64,000 nucleotides of DNA from the NCBI GenBank assembly GCA_026418905.1, contig JAOAAK010000014.1, positions 6,231-70,230 on the forward strand, in the 5' to 3' direction. The translations under genes were made by a program, and so were the position numbers. Below are positions 55,405 to 64,000 of the stretch, in pieces. Position 1 is the first letter of the stretch. Every line of letters starts with the position of its first letter. The notes below the pieces were generated by a model. That model did not search any database and was not told the DNA's origin. It saw only the letters and a program-made list of their open reading frames with translations. Origin of the DNA: Bacteroidales bacterium (GTDB lineage Bacteria > Bacteroidota > Bacteroidia > Bacteroidales > DTU049).

Positions 55405-56697
55405 ATGAAATTATATTTTTCTTTTATTACATTCCTGATTTACTCGTTAGTTTACTCACAGATTCAGGAAATTAAACCTATCACTTGCCCTGGAGGAAGT
55501 GATGGTGCTTTAATGGTTATTCCTGAGTCAAACCAATCGCCATATACATATTTGTGGTCAAATGGTCAAACAACTCAAGCAATTTGGAACTTGCCTACTG
55601 GAACTTATTCTGTTACTGTCACCGATAATGGTGGAAACCAATATGTTTATTCTCATCAACTAAATGAACCACCCGCATTCATTGCTGTAGTGTTAGAACT
55701 ATTTCCCAATAGTTGCATTGGACATTACGACGGTGGCATCATTTGTATGGTGGGTGGTGGAACGCCAGGCTATAACTATATCTGGCGAAACCTTGAATTT
55801 GATTCACTTTATTATAATACTTCATTTATTGTGGGAGTGATAGGTGGTCATTACGAATTAACAGTAATTGATACTTTGGGATGCGTATTTAAAGATACTT
55901 TCCTCATTCCTATACTTGACACCGTACAAGTCGATGTTCAGATGAGAGGATATGTTTGCAATGGTGCCATGGATCTTGTTTCGCTTACTGCAACTGAGGC
56001 CACTGTAGGTCATTATTTTACATTCGAATGGAACACGGTTCACTCAGGTTATAGAACATTTACTACCAACGATTCTGTTTTTGGTGTAAGTATACCTCTT
56101 CTTGCTGGTAATTACACCATAACTGTTACCGACGATCAAACAGGTTGCAAGGCATATGTACCTATCCAAGTCAAAGAAACACAGAGTCCTCTTACAATTC
56201 AATACACCAAAGTTGATAATGAATGTTTTGAACTTGCTTCGGGCCGAATAACTTTGTTTATTCATGGTGGAGATCCAGCTCCTGAATATGTTGTAAACTG
56301 GGTAGGACCCAATGGTTTTACTGCAACAGGAACTTCTATTTCTAACTTATCTGCGGGAGCTTATCAGTATCAAGTTCGAGATAGTATTGCTTGCACTGTT
56401 CAAGGTACTATAACCATATTTCCTTCACCACCTTTTTGCATACCTGACGTTGTTACTCCTAACAACGATGGATTTAATGATGTTTTCGAAATTATCGATC
56501 TTTGCAATGTAACTAACATACAACTTTATATTTATGATATGTATGGCAAACTCGTTTACTCCACTACAGATTGTGCTTTCCAATGGAATCCTCTCGATCA
56601 TGAAGTCATCAATCATACCGTTTATTACTATCATCTTATTTACACATATCAACAGCAGCAATTCGAGAAAAAAGGTTCAATAGACGTCAAATTTTAA
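55405..56697 (+). CDS. Small SprB-repeat cell-surface protein with type-B T9SS C-terminal sorting domain
   Basis: Four modules of about 80 aa of the form C.G..DG....V..GG..PY.Y.W....L..G.Y...V.D..GC. C-terminus CIPDVVTPNNDGFNDVFEI...YIYDMYGKLVY, which is the gliding-motility-associated CTD (type B). Confidence 0.8.
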   Translation: MKLYFSFITFLIYSLVYSQIQEIKPITCPGGSDGALMVIPESNQSPYTYLWSNGQTTQAIWNLPTGTYSVTVTDNGGNQYVYSHQLNEPPAFIAVVLELFPNSCIGHYDGGIICMVGGGTPGYNYIWRNLEFDSLYYNTSFIVGVIGGHYELTVIDTLGCVFKDTFLIPILDTVQVDVQMRGYVCNGAMDLVSLTATEATVGHYFTFEWNTVHSGYRTFTTNDSVFGVSIPLLAGNYTITVTDDQTGCKAYVPIQVKETQSPLTIQYTKVDNECFELASGRITLFIHGGDPAPEYVVNWVGPNGFTATGTSISNLSAGAYQYQVRDSIACTVQGTITIFPSPPFCIPDVVTPNNDGFNDVFEIIDLCNVTNIQLYIYDMYGKLVYSTTDCAFQWNPLDHEVINHTVYYYHLIYTYQQQQFEKKGSIDVKF

Positions 56698-56709
56698 AAA
56701 GTTGTCAGA

Positions 56710-57645
56710 ATGAGGAAATTATTTATTTTTTGTTTTGTGGTGCAAGTAATAATTGTACGTGCTCAGTTTTCGTTAGGACAATTTAATCCTTATTTTTTTA
56801 ATGAAGCTCCTGAGTGGCAAAATCCATCATTGTCGCTTCGGAACGGAGTTCCTCAACTTTTTGTGTTTGAGGGTACGAGTATACTGAGTTTTCCACGTCA
56901 ACCCGTTTTTTATGGTTTAATGACTTCTGCATATTTAGACTACGGCATTGGTTTAGCGGCAAAATTCTATCAACAGCGTGCGGGTTTTTCTCGCAACACA
57001 GGTGGTGAATTATCATTTCTTTATCAGCTTCATTTAGCTGGGGAAAAAGATGCTGAAAGAGCAATAAAATTAATCTTTTCTCTTTCTGCAATTGGTGAAC
57101 AATACCGTTTTATGTATGATCAAGTAAATTCGAACAATCATTTGGATCCTATTTTGCAACAACAAATTGAAAATATTCCATCTTTTAATGGAGCATTTGG
57201 CTTATCTCTTGTATCACAGAATTCTTTCTTTCTAGGAATTCATGCCGATAGGCTTATTTCATTCAAGGAAAATTACCTAGACAATCAAATCCAACAACCA
57301 ATACCTATTTACTTATCGACACAAGGAGGAATACAGAAGACGTTTGGGATGAAGCATATGGTTGGATTAAGAACACTTTTTACTATGGAACTCAAAAACA
57401 ATCATTTTTATTATGAGGGAAATCTTTTTTATACGTGGAATGGCACTATATCTTTAAGTGCAGGATATCAAAGTTTTCCTGCCATAACATCTTCTTTGTC
57501 AGTTAGATTGATGAGTTTTACCTTTGGTTATCAGGCTTCTTTTTCTCCTTGGGCTGATGTAGTCAATAACCAATCTTCTTATATGCTATTATCTCACGGA
57601 ATTATTCTAAAAAAGCTATTCAATGAACAAAAACCTGTTCGTTAA
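56710..57645 (+). CDS. PorP/SprF-family T9SS outer-membrane protein
   Basis: Signal peptide ending AQ, then FSLGQFNPYFFNE....NPS, typical of the PorP/SprF N-terminus. Size is about 310 aa, and it sits immediately downstream of a type-B CTD cargo gene. Confidence 0.7.
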   Translation: MRKLFIFCFVVQVIIVRAQFSLGQFNPYFFNEAPEWQNPSLSLRNGVPQLFVFEGTSILSFPRQPVFYGLMTSAYLDYGIGLAAKFYQQRAGFSRNTGGELSFLYQLHLAGEKDAERAIKLIFSLSAIGEQYRFMYDQVNSNNHLDPILQQQIENIPSFNGAFGLSLVSQNSFFLGIHADRLISFKENYLDNQIQQPIPIYLSTQGGIQKTFGMKHMVGLRTLFTMELKNNHFYYEGNLFYTWNGTISLSAGYQSFPAITSSLSVRLMSFTFGYQASFSPWADVVNNQSSYMLLSHGIILKKLFNEQKPVR

Positions 57646-59005
57646 GTTTGTTTTTTGCATACCTTTTTCGTTTTATGCACAATTTCCTCTTCTTCAGAAG
57701 TGGGATAGTCTTTTTAAAACTAATCAAGTTGAAATTATTCGATTATCTCTTAATTCAAAAAATGATGATTTTTCCCCTGTATTTGTCAACAAAAGATTTT
57801 TCTTTACCAGTACCAGATACAATCAAAAAACCCCCGAAATCTCACTGAAATGGAATCAGAGAGTTTACGTAGCCGATTCAGATCAGGGAAAAACAGATTT
57901 TAATTATTACTTCAATTTCGATGAAAATGTAGCTGTTGCAGGGATTAATGAAAACAACCCCACGCTTTATCTTTATATGCCTTTTGGAAACGGAGATCTT
58001 TATGTATCCGAAGAAAAAGAAAAAGGATTAACTCGTCCAAAAAAATTACCTTTTCCTATTAATCATCCTGGTAGTTCGGAGCAATCTATTACGTGGGTCG
58101 ATGGTTCATATTATTTTTCCACCAATCGGGAAAATGAACAATACGACATTTACAAAGCAACTCAAAAAAACAAAAAAGAATGGTATGTCGAACCTTTAAG
58201 CCAAGTAAACTCTTATGCAGATGAAGTCGATGTTCGAATATTTAACAATATACTCTTTTTTTCATCCAATAGGCAAGGGAAGTTCAAGCCCTATTACTAT
58301 GCAAATGAGACCGTTGGTCTTGTTGATTTTTTACCCGATTCATTCAAAGCTTATGACGTAAGGGATTTTCTTTTGTTAGATAGTGTCTTTTACTTTAGTT
58401 CAAACTTGCATGGGAATTTTGATATTTATAAAGGCAAATTAAAGCCCTTACAACCACAACTCATCTCAGAAAAGAAAGATGAAGAAAAGAAAGATGAAGA
58501 AAAGAAAGATACTTCTTTAGTTATTTTAGACAACGAACAAAAGAATACCATTGACACTGTTAAAATATCTTCTCTTACAACAAGTTCAGTAAAACCAAAA
58601 GATAAATTGACACTTTTGCATGAAAAGCTCGACTCGCTAGGATTGAAACCACCTTATGTCTGTTACGTACAGGTAGGAGCTTATTATGGGCTAAATAATA
58701 TTGAAGATTTTAAAAGAATTTTTGTAGCTTTTGATACAAGTCAGATTTTTATCGAAAAAGTAGAAACACCGCAAGGAACGTTACATAAGTTTCTCTTACT
58801 GCCATCGTATAGCAAATTAGCTGATGCTATTCAGCGTCAGCAAATTGCTCTAAAGCAACAATCAAGTCCAAGAAACAGAAAAAAGACCCAGAGTGATGCT
58901 TTTGTAGCACTTTACGATGCCAATCATCAGCGAATAGCCATTTTTGTCAATTACACCAAAGAAGAATTCATCATTCTAATGAATGGTAAAAAAATTAGGT
59001 TTTAG
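57623..59005 (+). CDS. PD40 (TolB-like) repeat protein with KKDEE repeat linker and C-terminal SPOR-like domain
   Basis: Signal peptide. Repeated patterns ...F(F/Y)F(S/T)S.R......DIY. Residues of about 345-440 (YVQVGAYYGL...HKFLLLPSYSKLADAIQ...AFVALYD) resemble a SPOR peptidoglycan-binding domain. Confidence 0.5.
   Translation: MNKNLFVKFVFCIPFSFYAQFPLLQKWDSLFKTNQVEIIRLSLNSKNDDFSPVFVNKRFFFTSTRYNQKTPEISLKWNQRVYVADSDQGKTDFNYYFNFDENVAVAGINENNPTLYLYMPFGNGDLYVSEEKEKGLTRPKKLPFPINHPGSSEQSITWVDGSYYFSTNRENEQYDIYKATQKNKKEWYVEPLSQVNSYADEVDVRIFNNILFFSSNRQGKFKPYYYANETVGLVDFLPDSFKAYDVRDFLLLDSVFYFSSNLHGNFDIYKGKLKPLQPQLISEKKDEEKKDEEKKDTSLVILDNEQKNTIDTVKISSLTTSSVKPKDKLTLLHEKLDSLGLKPPYVCYVQVGAYYGLNNIEDFKRIFVAFDTSQIFIEKVETPQGTLHKFLLLPSYSKLADAIQRQQIALKQQSSPRNRKKTQSDAFVALYDANHQRIAIFVNYTKEEFIILMNGKKIRF
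58469..58510 (+). repeat. 15-nt in-frame tandem repeat, 2.8 copies (gaaaagaaagatgaa; encodes EKKDE)
   Basis: Units at 58469-58483 and 58484-58498 are identical. The third copy is truncated at 58510. Confidence 0.9.
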
Positions 59006-59027
59006 TACCTTAGGAAAGATTTGATAA

Positions 59028-60344
59028 TTATTTTGCCGCACCAATATTATCGACTTCGAAACCGTATTTTTTAAGTTCATGAGCATCGTAAATATTTCTA
59101 CCATCTAAAATGAGAGGACGTCTCATGCGACGAAGAATATCGTTCCAGTTTGGATAACGAAATTCCGTCCATTCAGTAACCAGCAGTAAAGCATCGGTAT
59201 CGTTGACTGCGGAATACATGTCAGTAGCATACTGTATTTTATCTCCTAAACGTCTTTTTGCTTCATTTATTGCTACTGGATCGTATGCAACGATCTCAGC
59301 ACCCTCTTGAATCAATCTATTTATGATACGAAGGGATGGTGCTTCACGCATATCGTCTGTGTTCGGCTTGAATGAAAGCCCCCATATTGCAATACGTTTT
59401 TTATTAAGATCAGGCCAAAATTTCTTTAATTTCTCTACCAAAATTTCTTTCTGTTTCTCATTAACATTTTCAACAGCTTGAAGGATTTGGAACTGATAAC
59501 CATACTCGATGCCAGTCTTGATTAGAGCTTTAACATCCTTAGGAAAACAACTACCACCATATCCAACTCCTGAATATAAAAACTTGTTTCCAATGCGGGG
59601 GTCACTGCCAATTCCTCGCCTAACCATATTGACATCAGCTCCGACTCTATCACAAAGTGCAGCTATTTCATTCATAAAACTAATTCGAGTAGCTAACATA
59701 GCATTAGCTGCATACTTAGTCAGTTCAGCTGAAAGTATGTCCATGAATATGATTGGGTGTCCGTTGAGAGTAAATGGCTTATAGAGTTTTGCCATGATTT
59801 CACGAGCTGATTCACTCTCGACTCCAACCACGATTCTATCGGGCTTCATAAAGTCATTAATGGCATCACCTTCCTTTAAAAATTCAGGATTGGATATGAT
59901 TTCCACATGATACGTTCGATACCTTTTTTGGAGTTCTTCTAGGATAACCTGTTTAACTTTATGACCTGTCCCAACAGGTACGGTACTTTTATTAACCACG
60001 TATATGTTTCTTTCAAGATGTTGACCAATAGTTCTAGCAACATTGAGAACATGTGTTAGATCAGCACTTCCATCTTCATCGGGTGGTGTACCTACAGCTA
60101 TGAAAACAATGTCAAGCGAATTAAGGACTTCAGGTAGGCTCGTCGTAAAATGCAACCTACCTTTGGCAATGTTATTTTGCATCATTTCTTCGAGTCCTCT
60201 TTCATAGATAGGGCTTTTGCCTTGTTTCATTAATTCAATTTTTGAAGCATCCACATCGATACATACAGTGTCTATTCCTATTTCAGCAAAACAAGTGCCT
60301 GTAACAAGGCCAACATATCCGGTTCCAACAATACCAATTCTCAT
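59028..60344 (-). CDS. ugd: UDP-glucose 6-dehydrogenase
   Basis: IGIVGTGYVGL Rossmann motif and catalytic GGSCFPKD. The ATG at 60344 is preferred over the TTG at 60359. Confidence 0.9.
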   Translation of the reverse strand: MRIGIVGTGYVGLVTGTCFAEIGIDTVCIDVDASKIELMKQGKSPIYERGLEEMMQNNIAKGRLHFTTSLPEVLNSLDIVFIAVGTPPDEDGSADLTHVLNVARTIGQHLERNIYVVNKSTVPVGTGHKVKQVILEELQKRYRTYHVEIISNPEFLKEGDAINDFMKPDRIVVGVESESAREIMAKLYKPFTLNGHPIIFMDILSAELTKYAANAMLATRISFMNEIAALCDRVGADVNMVRRGIGSDPRIGNKFLYSGVGYGGSCFPKDVKALIKTGIEYGYQFQILQAVENVNEKQKEILVEKLKKFWPDLNKKRIAIWGLSFKPNTDDMREAPSLRIINRLIQEGAEIVAYDPVAINEAKRRLGDKIQYATDMYSAVNDTDALLLVTEWTEFRYPNWNDILRRMRRPLILDGRNIYDAHELKKYGFEVDNIGAAK

Positions 60345-60356
60345 ATATTTTTTTTG

Positions 60357-60364
60357 CAAACTTA
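60357..60364 (-). promoter_or_regulatory. Bacteroidota -7 promoter box (TAnnTTTG)
   Basis: The minus strand reads taagtttg, 12 nt upstream of the ATG at 60344. It overlaps the TTG at 60359. Confidence 0.45.
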
Positions 60365-60381
60365 AAACAAAAAAAATGGTT

Positions 60382-61512
60382 TTATGAAACTTTTTGTAAA
60401 AGTAGAAATGTTTCTATGTGGAATGTAAAAGGAAAAAAATCAAAAATATGTATGTAATCAAGTCTATATTTTTGTTGATAAAAAGCAATTAAATCTTTTT
60501 GTAAAGAATGCGGGTTACAACTAAGGTAGGCAATTTTATGTGGCTGTAATTGAAAAATAAGTTCTATTGTTTTGTTATCTATTCCTGCTCGTGGCGGATT
60601 AAGAAAAATTGCATCAAATTTTCTCGAGTTTTTCCATAACTGATTCAATCTATCATATGTCTTACCCTGCAAAATCTCAGCATCTGGATTATTCAATTTA
60701 GCACAAATGACCGAATCAGGATGGTTTTCAACGAGTGTTGTTTGAAATTGATATTTTTTAAAAAAATGTGTGGTTATTCCAATACCACCATAAAGATCGA
60801 GAATTTGTGTATGATTTTGAAAATAATCAATGGATATGTTAATAATTACGTTTACCATTCTTTTTTGGTGTTGAGTAAACGTTAGTGGCGAATAGAAAAA
60901 ACCATCTTCATCTTGACAATATATTGAGCCATGAAGAGTATTAAGTACATTTTTCTGAAATATACGGTTCCCGGTTGAAGGATTAAAGTGAACGTGAAAT
61001 CCCTGTATTTCCTCTCGGGGTAAATGAGACAAAAAATTTTGACCTAAATATTTCAGAATTTGCTCATTTCTCGTCTCTTTGATCACAAGTACAATCTGAT
61101 TTTTATGAATTAGTACGTATTTAATGGGTAAACAAATGATGGACTTAAAAGCATTTTGCAAATTAAAAAGGTGAAAATTTATTTTTTTGTCATGCAATAG
61201 GCAATAATTTATACTAAAAAAATCATCTTTCCCTTTGAACCCCAGCTCATAGATTCCATTTCGGTAATTTACGTGTAAAAGTGCTTTCTTTCGATAATAA
61301 AGTTTTTCATGAGGTAAGGCAGGGTGAAGTTCGGCCCAATTTACGGGAATTTTCATAATTTCTTGCCAGCGAAATAATTTGCTCTTCCAAAGCTCATCAT
61401 ATTTAAATTTGTTGATGAGGCAACTTGGACATCCTGCAGGACATGTAAAAAGGTTTTCGTGATTATTCGTATCTTTGTAAAAATCATCGTATATGTATAG
61501 TCCTGAATCCAT
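60382..61512 (-). CDS. RumA/TrmA-family RNA (uracil-5)-methyltransferase-like protein
   Basis: N-terminal Cys cluster CPAGCPSC, SAM motif DLYGGIG, FLNPPRAGI, and the catalytic-Cys context YLSCNP. Confidence 0.7.
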   Translation of the reverse strand: MDSGLYIYDDFYKDTNNHENLFTCPAGCPSCLINKFKYDELWKSKLFRWQEIMKIPVNWAELHPALPHEKLYYRKKALLHVNYRNGIYELGFKGKDDFFSINYCLLHDKKINFHLFNLQNAFKSIICLPIKYVLIHKNQIVLVIKETRNEQILKYLGQNFLSHLPREEIQGFHVHFNPSTGNRIFQKNVLNTLHGSIYCQDEDGFFYSPLTFTQHQKRMVNVIINISIDYFQNHTQILDLYGGIGITTHFFKKYQFQTTLVENHPDSVICAKLNNPDAEILQGKTYDRLNQLWKNSRKFDAIFLNPPRAGIDNKTIELIFQLQPHKIAYLSCNPHSLQKDLIAFYQQKYRLDYIHIFDFFPFTFHIETFLLLQKVS

Positions 61513-61546
61513 TCAAAAGATATTTGAAAGTTATGGTGGTATTTTT

Positions 61547-62206
61547 ATGACTCCAGCTTCAAAAATAGCTAAAAAGCTGGAAAATATTAAGGCTTTTCTC
61601 TTCGACTGGGATGGTGTTTTCAACAGTGGAAAAAAAGGTGTTGAATTTACCAGCACTTATAGTGAAACCGATGTATTGGGAATCAATCTTTTGAGATTTA
61701 GTTATTATTTGCGTTTTAAGTCATTACCATTCATAGCTATCGTCACTAATCTTGTCAATGAATCGGCTTTTCAACTGGCCAAAAGAGAACATTTCAATGC
61801 AGTTTATCTAGCAGTGAAAAATAAAAAAGACGCTCTTCATCATATTCAAGAAGTTTTTGAAATACGACCATCGCAAATTGCTTTTATCATGGATGATGTC
61901 CTTGATTTGTCGGCCGCTGATGTCACTGGATTAAGTTTCATGGTTGGTCGAAAAGCAAGTCCGTTATTTACTGATTATATCAAAAGAAATGAATTGGTAG
62001 ATTACATTACTTTTCAACGAGGTGATTTGAATGCCGTTCGAGAACTCTGTGAGCTTATTGTTGGCCTCTCTGGAAATTTTGTACAAACCATACAAGAAAG
62101 AGTTAAATTTTCTGAAAACTACGAAGCATATCACGATTTAAAAGAAGAAATTGAAGCTAAATTTTATCATAAAGTGGATAAGAAAATCATTGAAACTATT
62201 ATCTAA
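61547..62206 (+). CDS. KdsC-like HAD-IIIA phosphatase
   Basis: FLFDWDGVFN (DxD), MDDVLDL in place of GDDxxDL, and NAVRELCELI near the C-terminus. The ATG at 61547 avoids a divergent overlap with the methyltransferase start. Confidence 0.55.
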   Translation: MTPASKIAKKLENIKAFLFDWDGVFNSGKKGVEFTSTYSETDVLGINLLRFSYYLRFKSLPFIAIVTNLVNESAFQLAKREHFNAVYLAVKNKKDALHHIQEVFEIRPSQIAFIMDDVLDLSAADVTGLSFMVGRKASPLFTDYIKRNELVDYITFQRGDLNAVRELCELIVGLSGNFVQTIQERVKFSENYEAYHDLKEEIEAKFYHKVDKKIIETII

Positions 62207-62214
62207 TTTTAGCT

Positions 62215-62982
62215 ATGTATGACCTATTGATCGGATCCTCGTTGCTGTTTATCCTGACAACGATAGGTGTTTCTTTCATTTTTTTGAAAGACAGAGGAAT
62301 ATTTTCAAGATCTCATTTGATGTTGTCTGTGTCAGGTGGTATTATGCTTGCAAGTAGTTTTTTAAGTTTACTTTTGCCATCGATCGAAATCTCGAAGCAA
62401 CTTAATTATGTGCAATGGATTCCTCCAGTTATCGGATTTATCACTGGCATCATTTTCATTCATGTACTCGACAAAATACTACCACACATTCATTTTATAG
62501 GATCATCTACCACGCTTGAAGGAGTAAGTTCGAACCTGCATGGTGCATGGCTTTTGTTTTTTGCCATGTTTATTCACAATATTCCTGAAGGTTTAGCAGT
62601 GGGAATTGCATATGCTTCTGAAAATATTTTTCACGAAGGTTCTCCATTTAGCCTTGCACTTGGCATAGGCATTCAAGATATTCCAGAGGGTTTTGCTACA
62701 GCCATACCTTTGGTTGCTTTAGGATACGATAAGAAAAAAGCATTTTTTTGGGGATGTTTAAGTGGTATTATTGAGTTTTTTTCAAGCTTATTTGGTTTTG
62801 CTCTCATTCAACATGTTTCCTATTTGTTACCTTTTGCATTATCATTTGCAGCTGGTGCAATGATATACGTGGTGGTAGAAGAAATCATTCCCCAGGCTCA
62901 AAAAGGACAACACAACGACCATGTTACATTATTTCTCTTGGGTGGCTTCATAGTCATGATGATATTGGATTTAAGTTTATGA
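62215..62982 (+). CDS. zupT: ZIP-family divalent metal transporter
   Basis: HNIPEGLAVG and IQDIPEGFA motifs, with 8 hydrophobic helices. Confidence 0.85.
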   Translation: MYDLLIGSSLLFILTTIGVSFIFLKDRGIFSRSHLMLSVSGGIMLASSFLSLLLPSIEISKQLNYVQWIPPVIGFITGIIFIHVLDKILPHIHFIGSSTTLEGVSSNLHGAWLLFFAMFIHNIPEGLAVGIAYASENIFHEGSPFSLALGIGIQDIPEGFATAIPLVALGYDKKKAFFWGCLSGIIEFFSSLFGFALIQHVSYLLPFALSFAAGAMIYVVVEEIIPQAQKGQHNDHVTLFLLGGFIVMMILDLSL

Positions 62983-63626
62983 AATGGCTATTAATTCTTA
63001 TGCAAGTAACCATGTTATTTTACTCATGCAAAAGAGTAGAGAGGAAATTTGATCAATACGGAAATATTTTGTACGAAATAACCTTTCGCGGATCAAAGAA
63101 AAATGGCAAAGCAACGTATTACTATCCCAATGGTAATGTTAAAGTTTTGTGTACGTACCGGAATGATATGCTAGATGGTTTGTATCAATCGTTCTATCCT
63201 GATAAAAAACTACAAGAAAAAACCATGTATAAGGCAGGAAAGAAACATGGCTTGAGTGAGATATATGACGAAAGCGGCAATATACAGATTAGAGCTCAAT
63301 ATCATAACGATACACTTCACGGAATATACGAAGAGTATTATCCCAACGGTCGAATAAAATTAAAAGCTTCATATAAAAATGGAAAATTTGATGGAAAATG
63401 GACTTTCTTTGATAGAGCAGGAAATATTACAGGCTTTGCATTTTTTGTCGAAGGAAATGGGAAGATGGTAAGCTACTATACTGGAACTCAAAAAATAAGA
63501 TTAATTGTTCATTATAAGAACAATCAGAAAGATTCAATAGAAGAACATTACGATCAATGGGGTAGAGTAGCGAAAAAAATATGGTATCAGGCTGGTAGAA
63601 TTATTAAAACAGAACAATATGATTAA
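62979..63626 (+). CDS. MORN-variant (YwqK-like) repeat lipoprotein
   Basis: Lipobox LFYSC|K. Repeats YYPNG.......Y.N..L.G.Y. It is a paralogue of the protein encoded at 3367-4170. ATGA overlap with zupT. Confidence 0.6.
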   Translation: MKWLLILMQVTMLFYSCKRVERKFDQYGNILYEITFRGSKKNGKATYYYPNGNVKVLCTYRNDMLDGLYQSFYPDKKLQEKTMYKAGKKHGLSEIYDESGNIQIRAQYHNDTLHGIYEEYYPNGRIKLKASYKNGKFDGKWTFFDRAGNITGFAFFVEGNGKMVSYYTGTQKIRLIVHYKNNQKDSIEEHYDQWGRVAKKIWYQAGRIIKTEQYD

Positions 63627-64000
63627 ACCATGGAAAGAAATTAATCTTGAGAATTTTATCATTCAACTTGAATGGCTTATCCAGGCTGCGAAGACTGCAC
63701 CTAAAGCACGTGGATTGGATCAGCTTCAGTATGTTCTTGTCTATGGAGAAGACTTAGAAATTCTTTCAGCTGAAATGGAGAAAATAGCTCAAGAATATAA
63801 TCTTGCCTTTTTCAGTAGAGATGCTCAAAATATTCGTCATTCTCAAGCTGTAATCTTGATCGGGACTTCGAATGTGCCTAAAAACATAAATTGCCATTAT
63901 TGTGGTTTTAAATGCAGTGAAAAGCCCGAAAAAATCGCATGTGTGATGAATGTTACTGATTTGGGTATAGCTATCGGATCTATGGTCTCACTGGCTTCTA
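63619..64000 (+). CDS. DUF2148-like ferredoxin-domain protein, 3'-truncated by the window edge
   Basis: Not in the ORF track because it has no stop codon. My own translation reads MIKPWKEINLENFIIQLEWLIQAAKTAPKARGLDQL...AFFSRDAQNIRHSQAVILIGT...NCHYCGFKCSEKP. The TAPK.RG..., FF.RD..N and C..CGF.C pattern matches my memory of DUF2148. Confidence 0.45.
   Translation, partial: MIKPWKEINLENFIIQLEWLIQAAKTAPKARGLDQLQYVLVYGEDLEILSAEMEKIAQEYNLAFFSRDAQNIRHSQAVILIGTSNVPKNINCHYCGFKCSEKPEKIACVMNVTDLGIAIGSMVSLAS

Noticed and set aside
61493-61546. ATG at 61493 as the start of the HAD phosphatase, which would give a 20-nt divergent overlap with the methyltransferase start codon region.
   Set aside because: Divergent coding overlap is unlikely. 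The internal ATG at 61547 retains the full HAD core (the DWDG motif follows 23 residues later).
1-64000. A window-wide search for tRNA, rRNA, tmRNA, SRP RNA and CRISPR repeats in the spacers, especially 37357-37651, 41396-41802 and 42859-43417.
   Set aside because: I saw no GGTTCGAA-type T-loop context, no cloverleaf candidates and no regularly spaced direct repeats. A covariance-model scan would be needed to exclude small structured RNAs.

Overview
AT-rich, very gene-dense chromosomal segment with about 58 CDSs, most separated by 0-30 nt or joined by 4-nt ATGA overlaps. I assign it to Bacteroidota from its content: gldH, type-A and type-B T9SS C-terminal sorting domains, PorP/SprF, SprB-type repeats, a FeoA-FeoB fusion, and TAnnTTTG promoter boxes close to start codons. 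Most genes are housekeeping (PBP1A, Ffh, FolD, IspH, QueE, PdxH, MenG, CysH, FeoAB, ZupT). There is also a strong proteolytic and amino-acid-catabolic set: a secreted S8 and a secreted C1 peptidase, DPP-IV, prolyl oligopeptidase, ornithine aminotransferase, saccharopine dehydrogenase and an agmatinase-family enzyme. A surface-glycan locus spans about 38.9-48.3 kb. I saw no rRNA, tRNA, CRISPR array, transposase, integrase or prophage block. The regions most worth a second look are: (i) an SPFH(YdjI-like)::GYF fusion paired with a double zinc-ribbon membrane protein (26.1-28.3 kb); (ii) an orphan tail-fibre-like secreted protein isolated by two unusually long non-coding spacers inside the glycan locus (41.4-43.4 kb); (iii) a type-B T9SS cargo / PorP-SprF / PD40-SPOR triad (55.4-59.0 kb); (iv) a self-contained thioesterase / Na-solute symporter / amidohydrolase operon with its own promoter box, just downstream of a perfect 15-bp terminator (50.9-53.9 kb); (v) an archaeal-type GGGP-synthase homologue; (vi) two uncharacterised lipoproteins, one a gapless internal duplication and one a degenerate Rieske fold. 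All family calls come from motifs I recognise by eye in the supplied translations. No database search, alignment statistic or GC calculation was run.
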